The notes beneath the pieces are model-generated. The model saw only the letters and a list, made by a program, of their open reading frames with translations. It was not told the DNA's origin and did no database searches. A program made the translations under genes and the position numbers. A stretch of 64,000 nt of DNA. Origin: Phoronis australis. Taxonomy: Eukaryota; Animalia; Phoronida. Location of the stretch: positions 1,618,119 through 1,682,118 of the forward strand of contig NMRA01000021.1 of the NCBI GenBank assembly GCA_002633005.1, in the 5' to 3' direction. Below are positions 13,831 through 25,644 of this stretch, piece after piece. How positions within the stretch are numbered: the first letter of the stretch is position 1; each line of letters begins with the position of its first letter.

Positions 13831-14739
13831 AAACCAAATAGCACAGTTGTGATAGGCCTTGAAATGATCTGTCCACAGAAAAAAAAAATCTGAACAAATC
13901 CCACCAGAAACAACGGAGCTATGACTCCGCAAACCAAAAATAGGAAAATGGCTGCCACAGCAACGTCTTGTGTACGATTTTAACCAGACATACGTTGTGT
14001 GTAAATTTCAAGTTGATCTGATAAGAACTGCCATCTGTAGCGGGCGACCAAAGAAATAAAGAAACAAACAAAACAATAGTTTTGACAAAGCAACAGACTG
14101 CGAAATTTCATATCACCAAGTAAAAATGAAAATTCTCGGATCAAGCGACACCTGGAGAAATGGAATGAAGAACTTACAATTAAGGATGACTACGCAAACA
14201 AGAACTCCGACGTCTCGACCGCGTTATAGACATCGAAGAACTGGTGGCACTGGCTGAACAACACCTATGATGCTGCCAGCAACTGCCTTGCTGGACAGTG
14301 GGTCAACAATGATGACAATACTGGAACTCACCATTACAAAGTTACACATAATGAGTGAGTCTCCGGGCTACGTTTAAAGAGGCGTGGAAGGCGCTCCCTA
14401 TCCTTCCTCTTCTAAGAAATCTATCCTGTGTGCAAAATATGACCACAAAGCTCCCTGTGCACAATACCACGAGAGGACAAGTGTTAAAAAAGCTAAGGAA
14501 GTCCTGCTTACCCCCAAAGACCCATTCTTCGCCGAGAAACTGTTCTGAACAATTCCAGAAACAAAGTTCTATTTAACAACCTTCTACACAAAATCGAGCT
14601 GGACACAGTGTTCTATTCCTTAGAAATGGGGAAAGCTGACGGCGAACATAGCCTATAGAAACGAACAGGCCAGAGCTCGACCAGGTATTGAAAGTCTGGT
14701 GCGATCCGCACTGACCTTTGGGAAATGTCACCATGTGCA

Positions 14740-15119
14740 TTTTCATGCCTCTGTATTGGCAGATGAGTTGCCAAACCATGAACGATGTCCGCGTCCACTT
14801 CTACCGTGGGCTGCAAAAGATGCATTCACCAAGTGCCACCAATGGACGCCAACGTTCAATTACACGCGATCTGAACATTTCATAAAATTGTTACTGTGGA
14901 AGACAGCTGACCACCGGCATACACCACCAAAATACACGTTATGCCAGCTTTGGATGGAAAGTCGACAGCTCTGTAGTATATTGGCAACACTATCTGTTGC
15001 ACAACAAGCCCTGCTTGACTTTATAAGTTGCCGCTGTTGTACAGAAAAACCGAGATGCATCGACAGACGCTGCAGTTGCAGCAGTACTGACTTGCCCTGT
15101 GCAGACTATTACAATTCAG
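14740..15119 (+). pseudogene. Decayed Cys-rich (CXC-like C-terminus) transposon-associated protein fragment
   Basis: Across frames: PPMDANVQLH, LLWKTAD..PP, LLDFISCRCCTEKPRCIDRRCSCSSTDLPC. Frameshifts and stops present; truncated by a SINE at 15120. Confidence 0.55.
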
Positions 15120-15365
15120 GAGACAGTGTGGCTTTGTGGTTTGAGCTCCGGACTCCCGTTTGGGAGACCCGCGGGTTCGAATCCTGGCTTTACTGGCTGA
15201 CAATCGAGCATTGCACAAAGGTGTCTCCTCTGAGCTCTCTCATACTATTGAATGTATGCAAGGGAATGAATGAGAACCTGCATATAATGCGAAAGCGATT
15301 TCCGGGACTGTGCTCATATTTTTTACTATTACAATTGAGAGACAGGGGTGTTATTCTGCATTAAG
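15120..15365 (+). mobile_element. tRNA-derived SINE
   Basis: Pol III A-box TGGCTTTGTGG (15129-15139) and B-box GGTTCGAATCC (15174-15184), followed by non-tRNA body. 3' limit approximate. Confidence 0.65.
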
Positions 15366-17483
15366 GTTCAACAGCAAAAGCATAGACGCTGACAAATGAA
15401 GGACAAGCAGATGCGAATGCCAACTGGAGTGTACCTGTCATGTGGTGCACCGCCCACACAGTACGGGCTGTGCAGCACTGAAAAAAGTGGGGGAGGCTAT
15501 AGCCCCACAGCCCCATATGGTGCGCCGGCCATGTGTAGGCCTACATATATTCACATCAGTGATCAAATCATGGTACTTCGGCCATCACAGGTCATCAAAG
15601 GTGCATATAAAACTCAAGTCCCCGCGTTCTCAATAATAGATCGAATTACACGAAGTAGTAGATAACACTATACCATGAACTAAGTCAAAGACCAATGGAA
15701 CCAGGCCACATATGAGAGACTCCAACGGAGGAAAAACTACTTGTACAAAGATAAAATTCTATGGAGACCCGTGACGTGGGAATTAATTGAAGGAAATTAA
15801 AATTCAATTATGAGGACATAAAGGATTTTCTGTTTGTGTACATCTCGTTCGATTTCGTGTTATGCCACACATCTCGTGTATTCAACGAAGCGTGTTGAAT
15901 TTAATTGAGTTTAATTAAAAACAAATTAATTACCACTTATTAATTTATTCAAACTTTCAAGTACTACAAAAATGAAAAAAGAACAAAAATGTAACTTAAG
16001 ATGTATACGAGGTATAACTAATTAGTATAACTAATTAAAATGGCATCAAATTAAAGCTGAACTGAGTGACTGAATCATTACTAGCGGTGACAAATGAAAG
16101 TACATGGGAATTATGATGTACGACACAATACAGGGTTTAATAGCGATTAAAGTGGAATCCAAAAGTCAAGTCACTGTTGTAATTTGACTGCGATCATCTC
16201 GTTTGTGATCGTTGTCATTGTCTTCCGTTCACCAGATTATTTCATTAAGAATGACAGAGGGCTAATTACATTGAACAAGCGTGGTGACTACACCACAGGG
16301 AAGACATGACGGCGTTCTGTTGTTCAGCAACTTTTCCAGACGCGAGGGGTTCTGAACGTGCGATAAAATCTGGCTCCTTTGTTAACTGCCCAGCTCAGTC
16401 TTTTGTCCCGTATGATAAAAAGCAGGCCAATTATCTCCCAGGCTTCAAAGGGTTACTGAAACCTGGCAGAATGGATTGTCTTAACTTCTCTTGTAGTTGG
16501 GCGATTTTGCGATTCAAAAACTAAACGTGATCAGCATTTGACAAGAAAGTCAGAAATGCTATTGGCTTATGTTCACATATGTAATAACTTAACTTTCATT
16601 TTTAGCAGCACAGCCCAACCAGGCTAGATACGATCTGATCGGAGATTAGAGCAATTATCGAGCAAAAGAAAGCCGGCCATCCAACCATAAACACCAGAAT
16701 GGAGTTAATCAGTCGTGTAAGATATTGGCGACAGGGGTGTTATTCCCAACTTGTTGGTGGGCTATACAATGAGCTATTAGCTATTGGGCAACAGAATCGA
16801 ACAAGTGTCGTCAAGCCCGTTCATGTCATCGCTGTAATTGTCAGGCACCGTTGGCTAGTACCCGGTAGAGGAGATGAAGACGCTAGGGCGAAACTATATG
16901 GCCGCTATTGGAAATTTGCAAGAAATCAAAATGCCGGATTCAGGCGGAGGGCAGTTTTCAACAGTTACGCACTGTACAACTACTTACTTCAAATTAAAGC
17001 TTCGCCAGTTGTGGTTTTGATTTCCTCCGTAATACGTCAACTTCCTCAGCGCTTAATCGGTAAAACTGCCTGTCGACCCCGTTTAGAAATGCCAATGTTG
17101 AATTGTTAACCTCAGCGCTTTTAGGATTAAAACTTTAACACGTTCAACCAATCTTGAATTATTGCCAAATGAGCCGGTAACTCATGTTCGGCAATACATA
17201 CATGCGCCATTCTCGAATCCGCCATTTTAGGGTAAGCCAACCCCAACGAAGTCTGAAAGTTTTACTGACGTACTTATTGAGAATGTAAGTAGAAACCACT
17301 CACAATAACGAACATTACGAGACTAACTCTAAGAGAACAAAAGGCCAAGCTCGATTTTCAAATTTATTCGCTTAAACTGGGCGAAATGCAACATTAGGAA
17401 TGGAACATAGACAGCTAAATAGCCGTGAAATGTCCCTCCTAATTTTCATGAGACAAAAGAACGATGTTCTCATTTTAAATCTA

Positions 17484-17489
17484 TTTATT
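17484..17489 (-). terminator. Candidate polyadenylation signal of SELENOW
   Basis: First AATAAA noticed on the minus strand downstream of the SECIS, followed by a U/GU-rich tract (tcttttgtctc). Confidence 0.55.
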
Positions 17490-18573
17490 TAAACACAACT
17501 GGTAAAAACAGTGTACAGTAGCACACAAGTTATTGAGAACAGAGAGGGAATAATTACACACGACATAACAAAGTGATTAAGGTCAATAAGATACAGTGCA
17601 GTAGAGAGTACAGACGCCACCTTTAAAAAACAGTAATGTAACAAACATTCACAGTTTCAACATTGGTGTGTCTTAAAGGACAACTTGAGAATAATTTAAA
17701 CAGGACACCATTCAGTCATCAGTACGTGCAGATGTGAAAGTAACAGGCTAACTCTAAGATTCACAAACAGTGAACAAAAAGACGAGCAAACTGCATCATG
17801 GCAAGGCCAACTAGAACAAGAACAAGAACTGTTCTCTTCCGTTTCATGATGTGGGGCACAGGAGTTTGCCTACATGTTATTCAAACAAACATCAGAGTTG
17901 TGTATGAAACGAAAGAGCTTCGGTTAGTTAAAACATTTTTGTTTCCCCTCGGCACACACTCCTCGGAGATGCGTGTCATGAATGCTGCATTCACACAGGT
18001 TACCTCTACCGTTCACCACTGCCTTCAGACAAGCAATACCATATACTTTGTTTCCTCAAATGTTTGTTTAGTAGAAATTGCATAGGGATTATACAAAGGC
18101 CGTATAATCATTAGGCCAAAAACAATAGCGCAAAGTTTCTTGTATGGGGTGAAATCGTGTTTATAGTTGTCCATAAAAAACATAACCTAATGCCAGCTGA
18201 AATAAGTCAAGATCTTTTTTCCCAGTGTTGCCTTTAGCCAACTGAAATGATGGAATGATTGATGGTAAAATATTCCATTTCATTGTAGAAACCCGCTCAC
18301 TTCTGATGCAAACCTGTCTTGTTTTTACAATTTCAAAAATAAACAAGTCAGATTGCAAAATTAATGAAGTATTTTGAGTGGCACATATTTACCGTCTATC
18401 TTGAAAGGCCAAAATTAATTTCATTTTTTCACACCATACACCAGCTCCAAATGATATGTTGCCAGACTCTTGTGGTAAATAAATAAGAAAATTATAATAA
18501 TTCCTATTGTAAAAAAACTCCAATGACACACGATGAGGGTGTGTTCAACTTGCCAGCAGTGATGAGAGTAAAC

Positions 18574-18650
18574 AATTCGGACCATCTGTTAACATCAAAG
18601 ATGAACCAGGCCATTTCAGTCACATCCCATCATAGGTAAACGTCCGAAAT
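18574..18650 (-). promoter_or_regulatory. SECIS element (type 1-like)
   Basis: RNA UUCGGAC-GUUU-ACCU-AUGAU-GGGAUG-U-GACUG-AAAUGGCC-UGGUU-CAUCUU-UGAU-GUUAAC-AGAU-G-GUCCGAA. It shows an AUGA/UGA kink-turn core, an 11-bp upper stem with one bulge, apical AAA and a perfect 7-bp lower helix. Confidence 0.88.
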
Positions 18651-18730
18651 GTTCTGTCCCCAGGGGCCCGACTGAAACATAAACAAGACCTAAATCAAAC
18701 AAAGATGATGTTCCCTCAGTAATCCTGACT

Positions 18731-18779
18731 AGCAGCAGCAGTAGCAGCAGCACAACAGAAGCACGGCAGCAGCAGCAGT

Positions 18780-18810
<31 letters not shown>
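18731..18810. repeat. Imperfect (CAG)n microsatellite in the last SELENOW intron
   Basis: agcagcagca... tract. Confidence 0.9.
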
Positions 18811-19419
18811 TTTTTAAGAAAAGTCAATATAATCTTTTCTTGTCGAAAATTAGTAAAATTTCTTAGCAATGTACTATGGCCAATTTTCAGGCAATTTTGT
18901 GTGTAAACTTTGCCTCATTTCCTTCTGGCTTATTGCCACAGACAACCTCAAAGGAGCTTAACAATTTTCCAAAAAATATCCATGAACTTTCTTTAAAAAC
19001 AAGCTGTTGTTTTTCAATATTACCACTTCAGGAGCATTCAACATGCTCTGGTCCCAAGAATTGATAATTATGTAATTTGTTACAATTTAATATATTCTAC
19101 TTTCTAAGCAATTACCAGTTGGTTTATCACTGGAACCAATACTACTTTGAGCAAATTATTTCCCAGCATGTTGGGATTTTGCCTCGGGAAGAGTACAGTA
19201 GTGCTTGCAATAAATTGACACCTGGAAGAGCTCTGACCAAATTTAGTTTTTCCAGGAACACTTTCACACCTGGAAGTTTTCTGGAATTCTACCAAACTAG
19301 CTACATCATATAAATATGACAGTGGCCTTCAAAAGCTGACCCAATTCATTTTGAAAAGTACTGCAGTATTCATGTATTGAAGTTACGAGTGATTCACCCA
19401 CAGCTACCTAAATAAAATT

Positions 19420-19780
19420 TTTATCCTTTTAAAAAGGATACCAAACCTGGTTTCGGCCTATTAACACGAACTAAAAACAACTTTCCCATCCAGTTCTGAG
19501 AAATAAAATAATGCTCCGGAACCCTCAAAAGTTTGGAGGAAAATTTGAAAACTCCTTTCTAAGTCTGCTAAACGGGCAAGCGTGACCTACACTTTTAGTG
19601 AATTACACCACAACTGTGGGAAAAGAAAACCCACCAAGGACAATAGTGTCCAATCTGTGAGGTACGGACTATGAGTTTTTAGTTGCCTTAACTTGGAAGA
19701 CTGACACCACTGATGCATAAGCAGGTGACATAATGAGGATTGGTGGAATTCATCAAAACAGGGTTTAGTATACTTTTAAG
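19420..19780. repeat. Dispersed repeat, copy of 610-945
   Basis: Colinear similarity to 610-945. Confidence 0.7.
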
Positions 19781-20811
19781 GTAGGTACGCCCTTTTGAAT
19801 GACATACTTTCGACCTGGATGAATCATAACTTATGTCAGCTTAATGCAGTACTTTTTTCCAAGGAATTTCTTGTTATTGTTGATGCCTCCGTCAGCGATT
19901 ATTCTTGTACAAGTTGTACACCAGGAGTTCACCCAGTTGAACTGGGCTACTAAACCTGATTGATAACAGTAGAATGACGTCATCTCACAAATAGATGCCT
20001 ATCTGCCACATTTTATGAAAATCTGTTAGACCTTTGAAGATACGGAGCAAAGGTAAAAAAACTAAAATTGCCACAAAGGGACAAACAAGCAGTCGGATCT
20101 GTCCAAAAGTTCGCTCATGCCGTCCCATGTGTAAAAACACATGTGCGAAATTTCATGAACATGCAACAAAGGGATTTTGGAGACAGAGCAGCAGACGCAG
20201 GACGGATACTGGACGTACACTGGACCGATGGACGATGGCATAATGCGCCCACATAAAAAAGGAAGCTTACAACAGAGAAATAAAAATGCCACAAAGGAAC
20301 ACATCACAAGGCATCCAAAATTGGTGTGCTGCCTGCTTTTTTCACAAATAACAATAACGGGATTTGGCAGACACAAAGAGAGACACAAAATGATTTAAGG
20401 GGGAACAGCACTTGTTAGAATCAAGCTAGTAGCTGCAATCACCTACAAAACAGTACGGCCACTAGTGGGTGATGTGGTAATCAAATTGCCTTCACATAAC
20501 TTGCTGTCACGTTTCAGTCACATTTGACAATCAGATTAAAAACCGGACGATCGCCGCACAAATAAAAAAGTCTGTAAGTATTATCTGCAGAGAACCTAAT
20601 GAGGAGTTACTGTACATTAAGGAGTCATTGGCCATTCAGAACCAGCATGCCACTGATTCTCTGAATAACATGCAGAGCTCATTGACCCTGCAACTATGGT
20701 GATGACCAGCTACTGGCTATATTCTATGTATCTCTCACTTCATTCTATGGATGTAACCTGAGCTGTATGTTGGCACTGTTGTAAATATGATCCTGATGAT
20801 GTCCAATGAAN

Positions 20812-20831
20812 TGTGTGTGTGTGTGTGTGTG

Positions 20832-20869
<38 letters not shown>
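20812..20869. repeat. (TG)n microsatellite at a contig join
   Basis: Direct reading; N at 20811. Confidence 0.95.
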
Positions 20870-20870
<1 letters not shown>

Positions 20871-20905
20871 ACAGCATACCTACCAAGTGAACCACGGATA
20901 ATTCA

Positions 20906-20980
20906 TTAGTTCAAAGCTTCTTTGACAGCATTGGAAATGTTTAGAATTTTCTTAGCATTATCCACGTAGCCATCACCATT
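20906..20980 (-). CDS. SELENOW: Selenoprotein W coding exon 5 (NGDGYVDNAKKILNISNAVKEALN*)
   Basis: Acceptor gtttgcag, 75 nt, phase 0, GDGYVD motif of SelW, TAA stop. Confidence 0.95.
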   Translation of the reverse strand, partial: NGDGYVDNAKKILNISNAVKEALN

Positions 20981-22356
20981 CTGCAAACACAGAGAAAACA
21001 GAAGTCCATTACAGTCATGTATGCTCAGAATATTGTAAAAGACCATATCAGCTAGGACGCGGCCATCTTTAAAGAGCAAAGAAATTGTTTTTGATGTTAC
21101 CTTACCAAAATAAAGAAGGTTATTTTGGAGATGTTCTTTTGCATTACCAGTGTTCCTCAGGCATGTCTTTAATATATGCAAGCATAGAAAGCAGAGCAAA
21201 CAGCCCAGCAAAAAGTCTGCATCTTGGTTTAAACACTATGTCCAAACACCTAACGAGCACAGTCTGAGCAGGACATTCCTGTTTGCTCAATGGAAGTAAT
21301 GGAGAACCACGATGCAGGTCTTTCCCTGGGCTGTGACAATTTCTACTGGAAAATAAACATATGCTAGAACAGTAATTAACCGGGAAAATGCCTCTGCAAG
21401 AAAACCAAGATCTATCAATTTAAAAATCGATGAAAATCTCCAAAAAGGAATTTTAAGTAAGCCTTATACATTTTACACCATGAGCTACATAAAGTTCATT
21501 GACTGATCCCATAACTGTCTCGTTTTCCGATGAAAAACTTGACTTAGACACTATAATTGAGTGGTGGGCAGAATAATTATGATCATTTCTCACAACAAAA
21601 AGGACAAATTGAGATGGTGCAGTATCTAAAGCCACATAAATCGCCATATTTAAAAAATTCAAAATGTGATAAAACGCATTTTAGGAAAATCAAGAGGGAT
21701 CGCCAAAAGGTCAAGATCAACCTCCCTCCACAAGATGCTTGTGGTGAAGGTCACTACGACCTTGAACTTTCACTTTTGTACTAGAAAAACAATAGGTCTC
21801 CTCAAGGCCAACTTCTGTACCAAGTTTGAAATCCATAAACACAGGCAAATCCTACATAGTTATTGCTCAAAAAATGTTTGATCTACCAACCCACACCATG
21901 TGCAACGTAATGAAAATAGATACAGTACACCTCGAAACATCCATAACGGTCATTTTGAATTTGTCATCGCTTTTTTATCAACAAAACACTGATGTAAACA
22001 TTCTACCTTCCTTATATGAACCGCTTAATCTGGTTTCAGATCACAGCAGTTTTGCTGTAACGAACCCAACCTGCAGGGCCATTTCATTGCATGGACTTTT
22101 GACAATCAAGGCCTTCTACCGCTTTTTCATCAAGAATTAAATCAACTCAGACTTCTATGCATGCCTTTGAGGAATGTGGTGAGCACAGTTCTGTTAAGCA
22201 CGTCTTCAAAGTTGGTACAGATAAACCGGCAAGTGGGTTTTGAGATAATTCTTTGCTTTCGCCTTGGTCTCGAAAGTGGCGGATTATCCGAACGATACTG
22301 CTCATCATAATGACAAACCAGACAAACATGATTTTGATAAAATATTTAAAGCTGAC

Positions 22357-22431
22357 CTTCTTAGAGTGTACTAGTTTCCCGTTCACTTGAACCTCAAAGT
22401 AACCCGTTGTATTCGGAGTTGCATAACTGTC
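22357..22431 (-). CDS. SELENOW: Selenoprotein W coding exon 4 (DSYATPNTTGYFEVQVNGKLVHSKK)
   Basis: AG/GT boundaries, 75 nt, Rdx-family tGxFEV motif and LVHSKK. Confidence 0.96.
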
Positions 22432-22600
22432 CTGCAATCAAGATAAGGAAACAAATTATTACATGCACAATCCAACATGGACACGGTCAGATTGAAAATC
22501 AACAAATATGTGAAACTTGACAAGGCAATATCAGGGGCCAGCCTCGTTAATTATTGTGCAGTTGAAACTGAAAGTCACATAAAAAAGTGATATCACTTAC

Positions 22601-22654
22601 GATCTCAAGATCCCCAGGGAACTCTCTTTCAAGGGTGTCTTTCAGTTTCTGGAA
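22601..22654 (-). CDS. SELENOW: Selenoprotein W coding exon 3 (FQKLKDTLEREFPGDLEI)
   Basis: tag|TTC...ATC|gtaagt, 54 nt, phase 0, LKxxLExEFPG motif. Confidence 0.95.
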
Positions 22655-23242
22655 CTATAACAGAAGAAGCAGGACATTTACTAAGCAATAGTTAAATATA
22701 ATATGCTCAATTTTGAGAACCAGTATGATGCCCATCATTCAGTGGAGAAAAACTGGTTCTCAAAATGCAGCACGCTACATCCAATTATTACAGGACATTT
22801 AATTCAATGTTTATTATTGTATTAAAAAACTTTTAACAGAAGACCAGACATTAATTAATTTCAGGCACTCATTAGATGCAGCATCTATCAGAGACCCACA
22901 TATATTGTGGAGGTTGTTTTCTCTTGGGCTTCCAAATGGGGGATTTCAAATTGCTTAATAGATTCATTTGAATGGTGAGCTACCTAATGCACTAGGGTGG
23001 ATTTGAAATTTCAATGATTCTGAGAAATCCAATGATTGCTAGTGTTTAAAAGTTAGTAAAACTCATAGATGTCATATCCAACTAAACCTAGATTTTATCC
23101 CACTAAGGTACAACCTATGCAGTAGCACAACTGTGCCTTGGCAGTTCATCTCAGGTGAAGATCTGGCTCTTGAGTGTAGACTGGCTTATGCATATTAACC
23201 ATAGCTCCAGGCTCAAAACCCTTACTGACTGATTTCACCTAC

Positions 23243-23267
23243 CTTGGGCCCGTACCCTCATGCGCCA
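23243..23267 (-). CDS. SELENOW: Selenoprotein W coding exon 2 with Sec codon ([C]GAUGYGPK)
   Basis: ctttctttcag|T GGC GCA TGA GGG TAC GGG CCC AAG|gtagg. In-frame TGA at 23258-23260 completes CxxU. Confidence 0.96.
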
Positions 23268-23845
23268 CTGAAAGAAAGAGAAAATCATTATAGTGTTCAA
23301 ACAAATTGAAAAGTCTCAACCAGCACAGATTCAGAGAAGGATCCAAACTACCCTTGCTTAATAACTTAAGAGTTGTAGAAATTGAGGCATATAGTGGATT
23401 CCCTAGTCCTTAACTTCAAGCGGGGATATTCATACAAGAGCAATGCGGAATGTTGAAATGTGCCCACGATCAGTAACATAAAAAGGGACATGAGACGGGA
23501 ATGTGAGAAAATTGAAAAACATCACCGGCTCCCTAATAGAAAACTGCTAGTAGACGCCATGAAATTCCATTAACAAACTCAGAAGGCAACTGTAAAAAAT
23601 AAAATAGCCATTAGGGAGCACACTGTGCAAATTCATTCAGTGAGAATTCACTCAAGCCAACCCATCAATGATGGAAAATGTCAGAAAAATTTCATGAACA
23701 TCCATCAAGGTGCATAACAATATATTGTTATGATGGACTGTCCGGAGTTGGCAGGCAGTCAGAAAAACCCAAGTCCTTCTGCTCAATTACTCTTTATTGT
23801 ATTTTAATTTGACAGCATTAACATAAGAGGTGCCTGAAGAATTAA

Positions 23846-23909
23846 AGGAGGATGCCACCCGATTTAAATTAGTCTTTTTTTACCGTCTTAATCGGTCTGT
23901 ATCCACATT
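23846..23909 (+). mobile_element. Left-end fragment of the Kolobok-type element
   Basis: TTAA then AGGAGGATGCCACCCGATTT..ttagtctttttt.ccgtcttaatcggtct, matching the ends at 48516 and 53168. Confidence 0.8.
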
Positions 23910-24709
23910 GTTGTTTTTGGATGGAATTCTCCTTTTCATTTTTTGCCCACATTTGAAATTCTCATAAAAATTTGAGTAAAAAGAATTTTTCCTGGCTAAG
24001 TTTTGTGGGAAATAGCTGCATTTCATAACAGCTGATTTGATTGTTTATCCAGTATTACCACGCATGTCGCTATTTGTGAAAAAACCTTTTCAAATGACTT
24101 ATACTGATAAGTTATTAACAAATGCACATATAATAGTCTGGAGGGAAATTAATTTGAGTTGAATTTTAGCAAAAAAATCTTATAATTTGTTTTGTAATTC
24201 GACAAGGATCTACTTCGCGCAGTGAACTGACTGGTTAGCTTCAGGTTTCTCCACGTGTGTGTGTGCGCATGTGTGTGTGTGCACGTGTGTGTTTTGTGCG
24301 TGTGTGTGGGTGTGTGTAGGATCTAACATGACCTTAACATGGAAGTTTTGATCGTAGCGGCGAAGTTAACTGTGATGAACAGGTAATTACCCTGTTTTAT
24401 TACGCACACCTGGAGATCAGACAAAGGCAAATTCAGATCAGTGATACTAGTGTGTCCAGGGCCCTTAGTTCACATCACAATTAAAATAGAAAAAAAGCAC
24501 TGGACACCAGTCAGATACATGATGACTTTCTCTCTTGTTCTAATCTCTCTTCCCTACATATCCGCCATCTCAGAGCAATAACTGTTTCAAATTATCTCAC
24601 AACGAGGGTCACACCTTCATTGTTGAACGTGAACTTTCGGATTCTTTTCAGCATCAGAACACTGTAAATACCCCTTCTGTATGTACTGAAACATATGGAT
24701 GCCATCGAT

Positions 24710-25440
24710 GCATTTAATTCCTTCCAACTCGACCAAATACTCTCATTATCATATACTTTTTCTTCGAGCAGTCCCTCGTTTAGTACCCAAAATCGGTAAC
24801 TCGCCATTTTCACACTGCGCACCCTGGGAGATATATATGTAATGCCATCTGGTTGGCGTAGTGTTAAAAATAGCGAGTTACAGATTTTGGGAATTGAACG
24901 AGGGACTGCTCGGAGAAAAAGTTTGATAACGGGAGTATTTGTTCGAGTTAGAAGTAATCGACGACATCCTAAGGTGTCCCTCTATGTGCAAAAGGCATGT
25001 TATAACAACGTGACTTTGATGTTTTAGTCAGTGCGAGGCATAAGCGCCTATAGGAGCTTCATCGTCTCTACTGGCGTTGCCAGTACAGACAATGATCATT
25101 GTATAATTGTACCGGAAGCTTTTCGGCGAATTATGCCTCAAACTGACTAAACCACCAAAGTCACGTTGCTGAGTATCTTTGGCGCAAAGAGGGCATTGGG
25201 AAGCCGTCAAAGTCTTTAATTCCTTCCAACTTGAACAAAAACTCCCGCCCAAACCGGCAACTGGCCACTTTTACACTGCTCGCGCCGGGAGATACGACGT
25301 TCGAGTTGGAAGTAATTAAAGATATCTACGGCATCCTAAGCTTTATGAATCACTATATGTACAAAAGTTATTTTATGGCAACGTGACTTTGATGGTGTGA
25401 GGGATAATTCGCCGACAAGCTTTCGGCGTACAAGATACAT
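24710..25440. mobile_element. Foldback/palindromic non-autonomous element in SELENOW intron 1
   Basis: Roughly 100-bp imperfect inverted arms (about 24720-24820 and 24856-24955) plus further internal inverted copies. Related sequence at 8960-9300, 26473-27110 and 59458-60080. Confidence 0.75.
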
Positions 25441-25615
25441 CAGGGATTAGTCTGTGTCGTCACCTATAGTATCAGGTGAGACGCCCGCGCCAAGGCCGAT
25501 GCGATGGCCGAGGGCACCGCGCCCTTGGAAGTTAACACACCAGCTGCACTTTGATGTTATCGTTAGACTTCATAGGCCTACAGCTAATTGACTGATTAAA
25601 TTGAGCATAGCTTAC

Positions 25616-25644
25616 CAATAAGTGACATGGATTTTCACAACCAT
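25616..25644 (-). CDS. SELENOW: Selenoprotein W coding exon 1, proximal copy (MVVKIHVTY[C])
   Basis: aaaATG GTT GTG AAA ATC CAT GTC ACT TAT TG|gtaag. 29 nt, phase 2, joins the first T of exon 2 to make the Cys codon. Confidence 0.92.

Larger units (their letters stand above)
17465..18671 (-). other. SELENOW: SELENOW non-coding last exon (3' UTR)
   Basis: Acceptor cttgtttatgtttcag lies just before 18671, and the exon contains the SECIS. Matching donor AG|gtatgc at 20880, 26 nt after the stop codon. Confidence 0.7.

Noticed and set aside
15120-15190. tRNA gene candidates (also 5370-5422 and 48414-48475)
   Set aside because: A/B boxes are present, but there is no convincing acceptor stem or cloverleaf; treated as SINE heads.
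17203-17232. Possible first exon on the minus strand (aaaATGGCGGATTCGAGAATGGCGCAT|gtatgt)
   Set aside because: No compatible downstream exon found; may simply be a YY1-like motif.
17945-17982. Second SECIS candidate in the 3' UTR (AUGACACGCAUCUCC...)
   Set aside because: The hairpin lacks the apical AA and a properly placed 3' GA.
20630-20685. SECIS-like AUGA...UGAA hairpin near the stop codon
   Set aside because: Poor pairing above the core, no AA at the expected spacing, and it lies in the predicted last intron.
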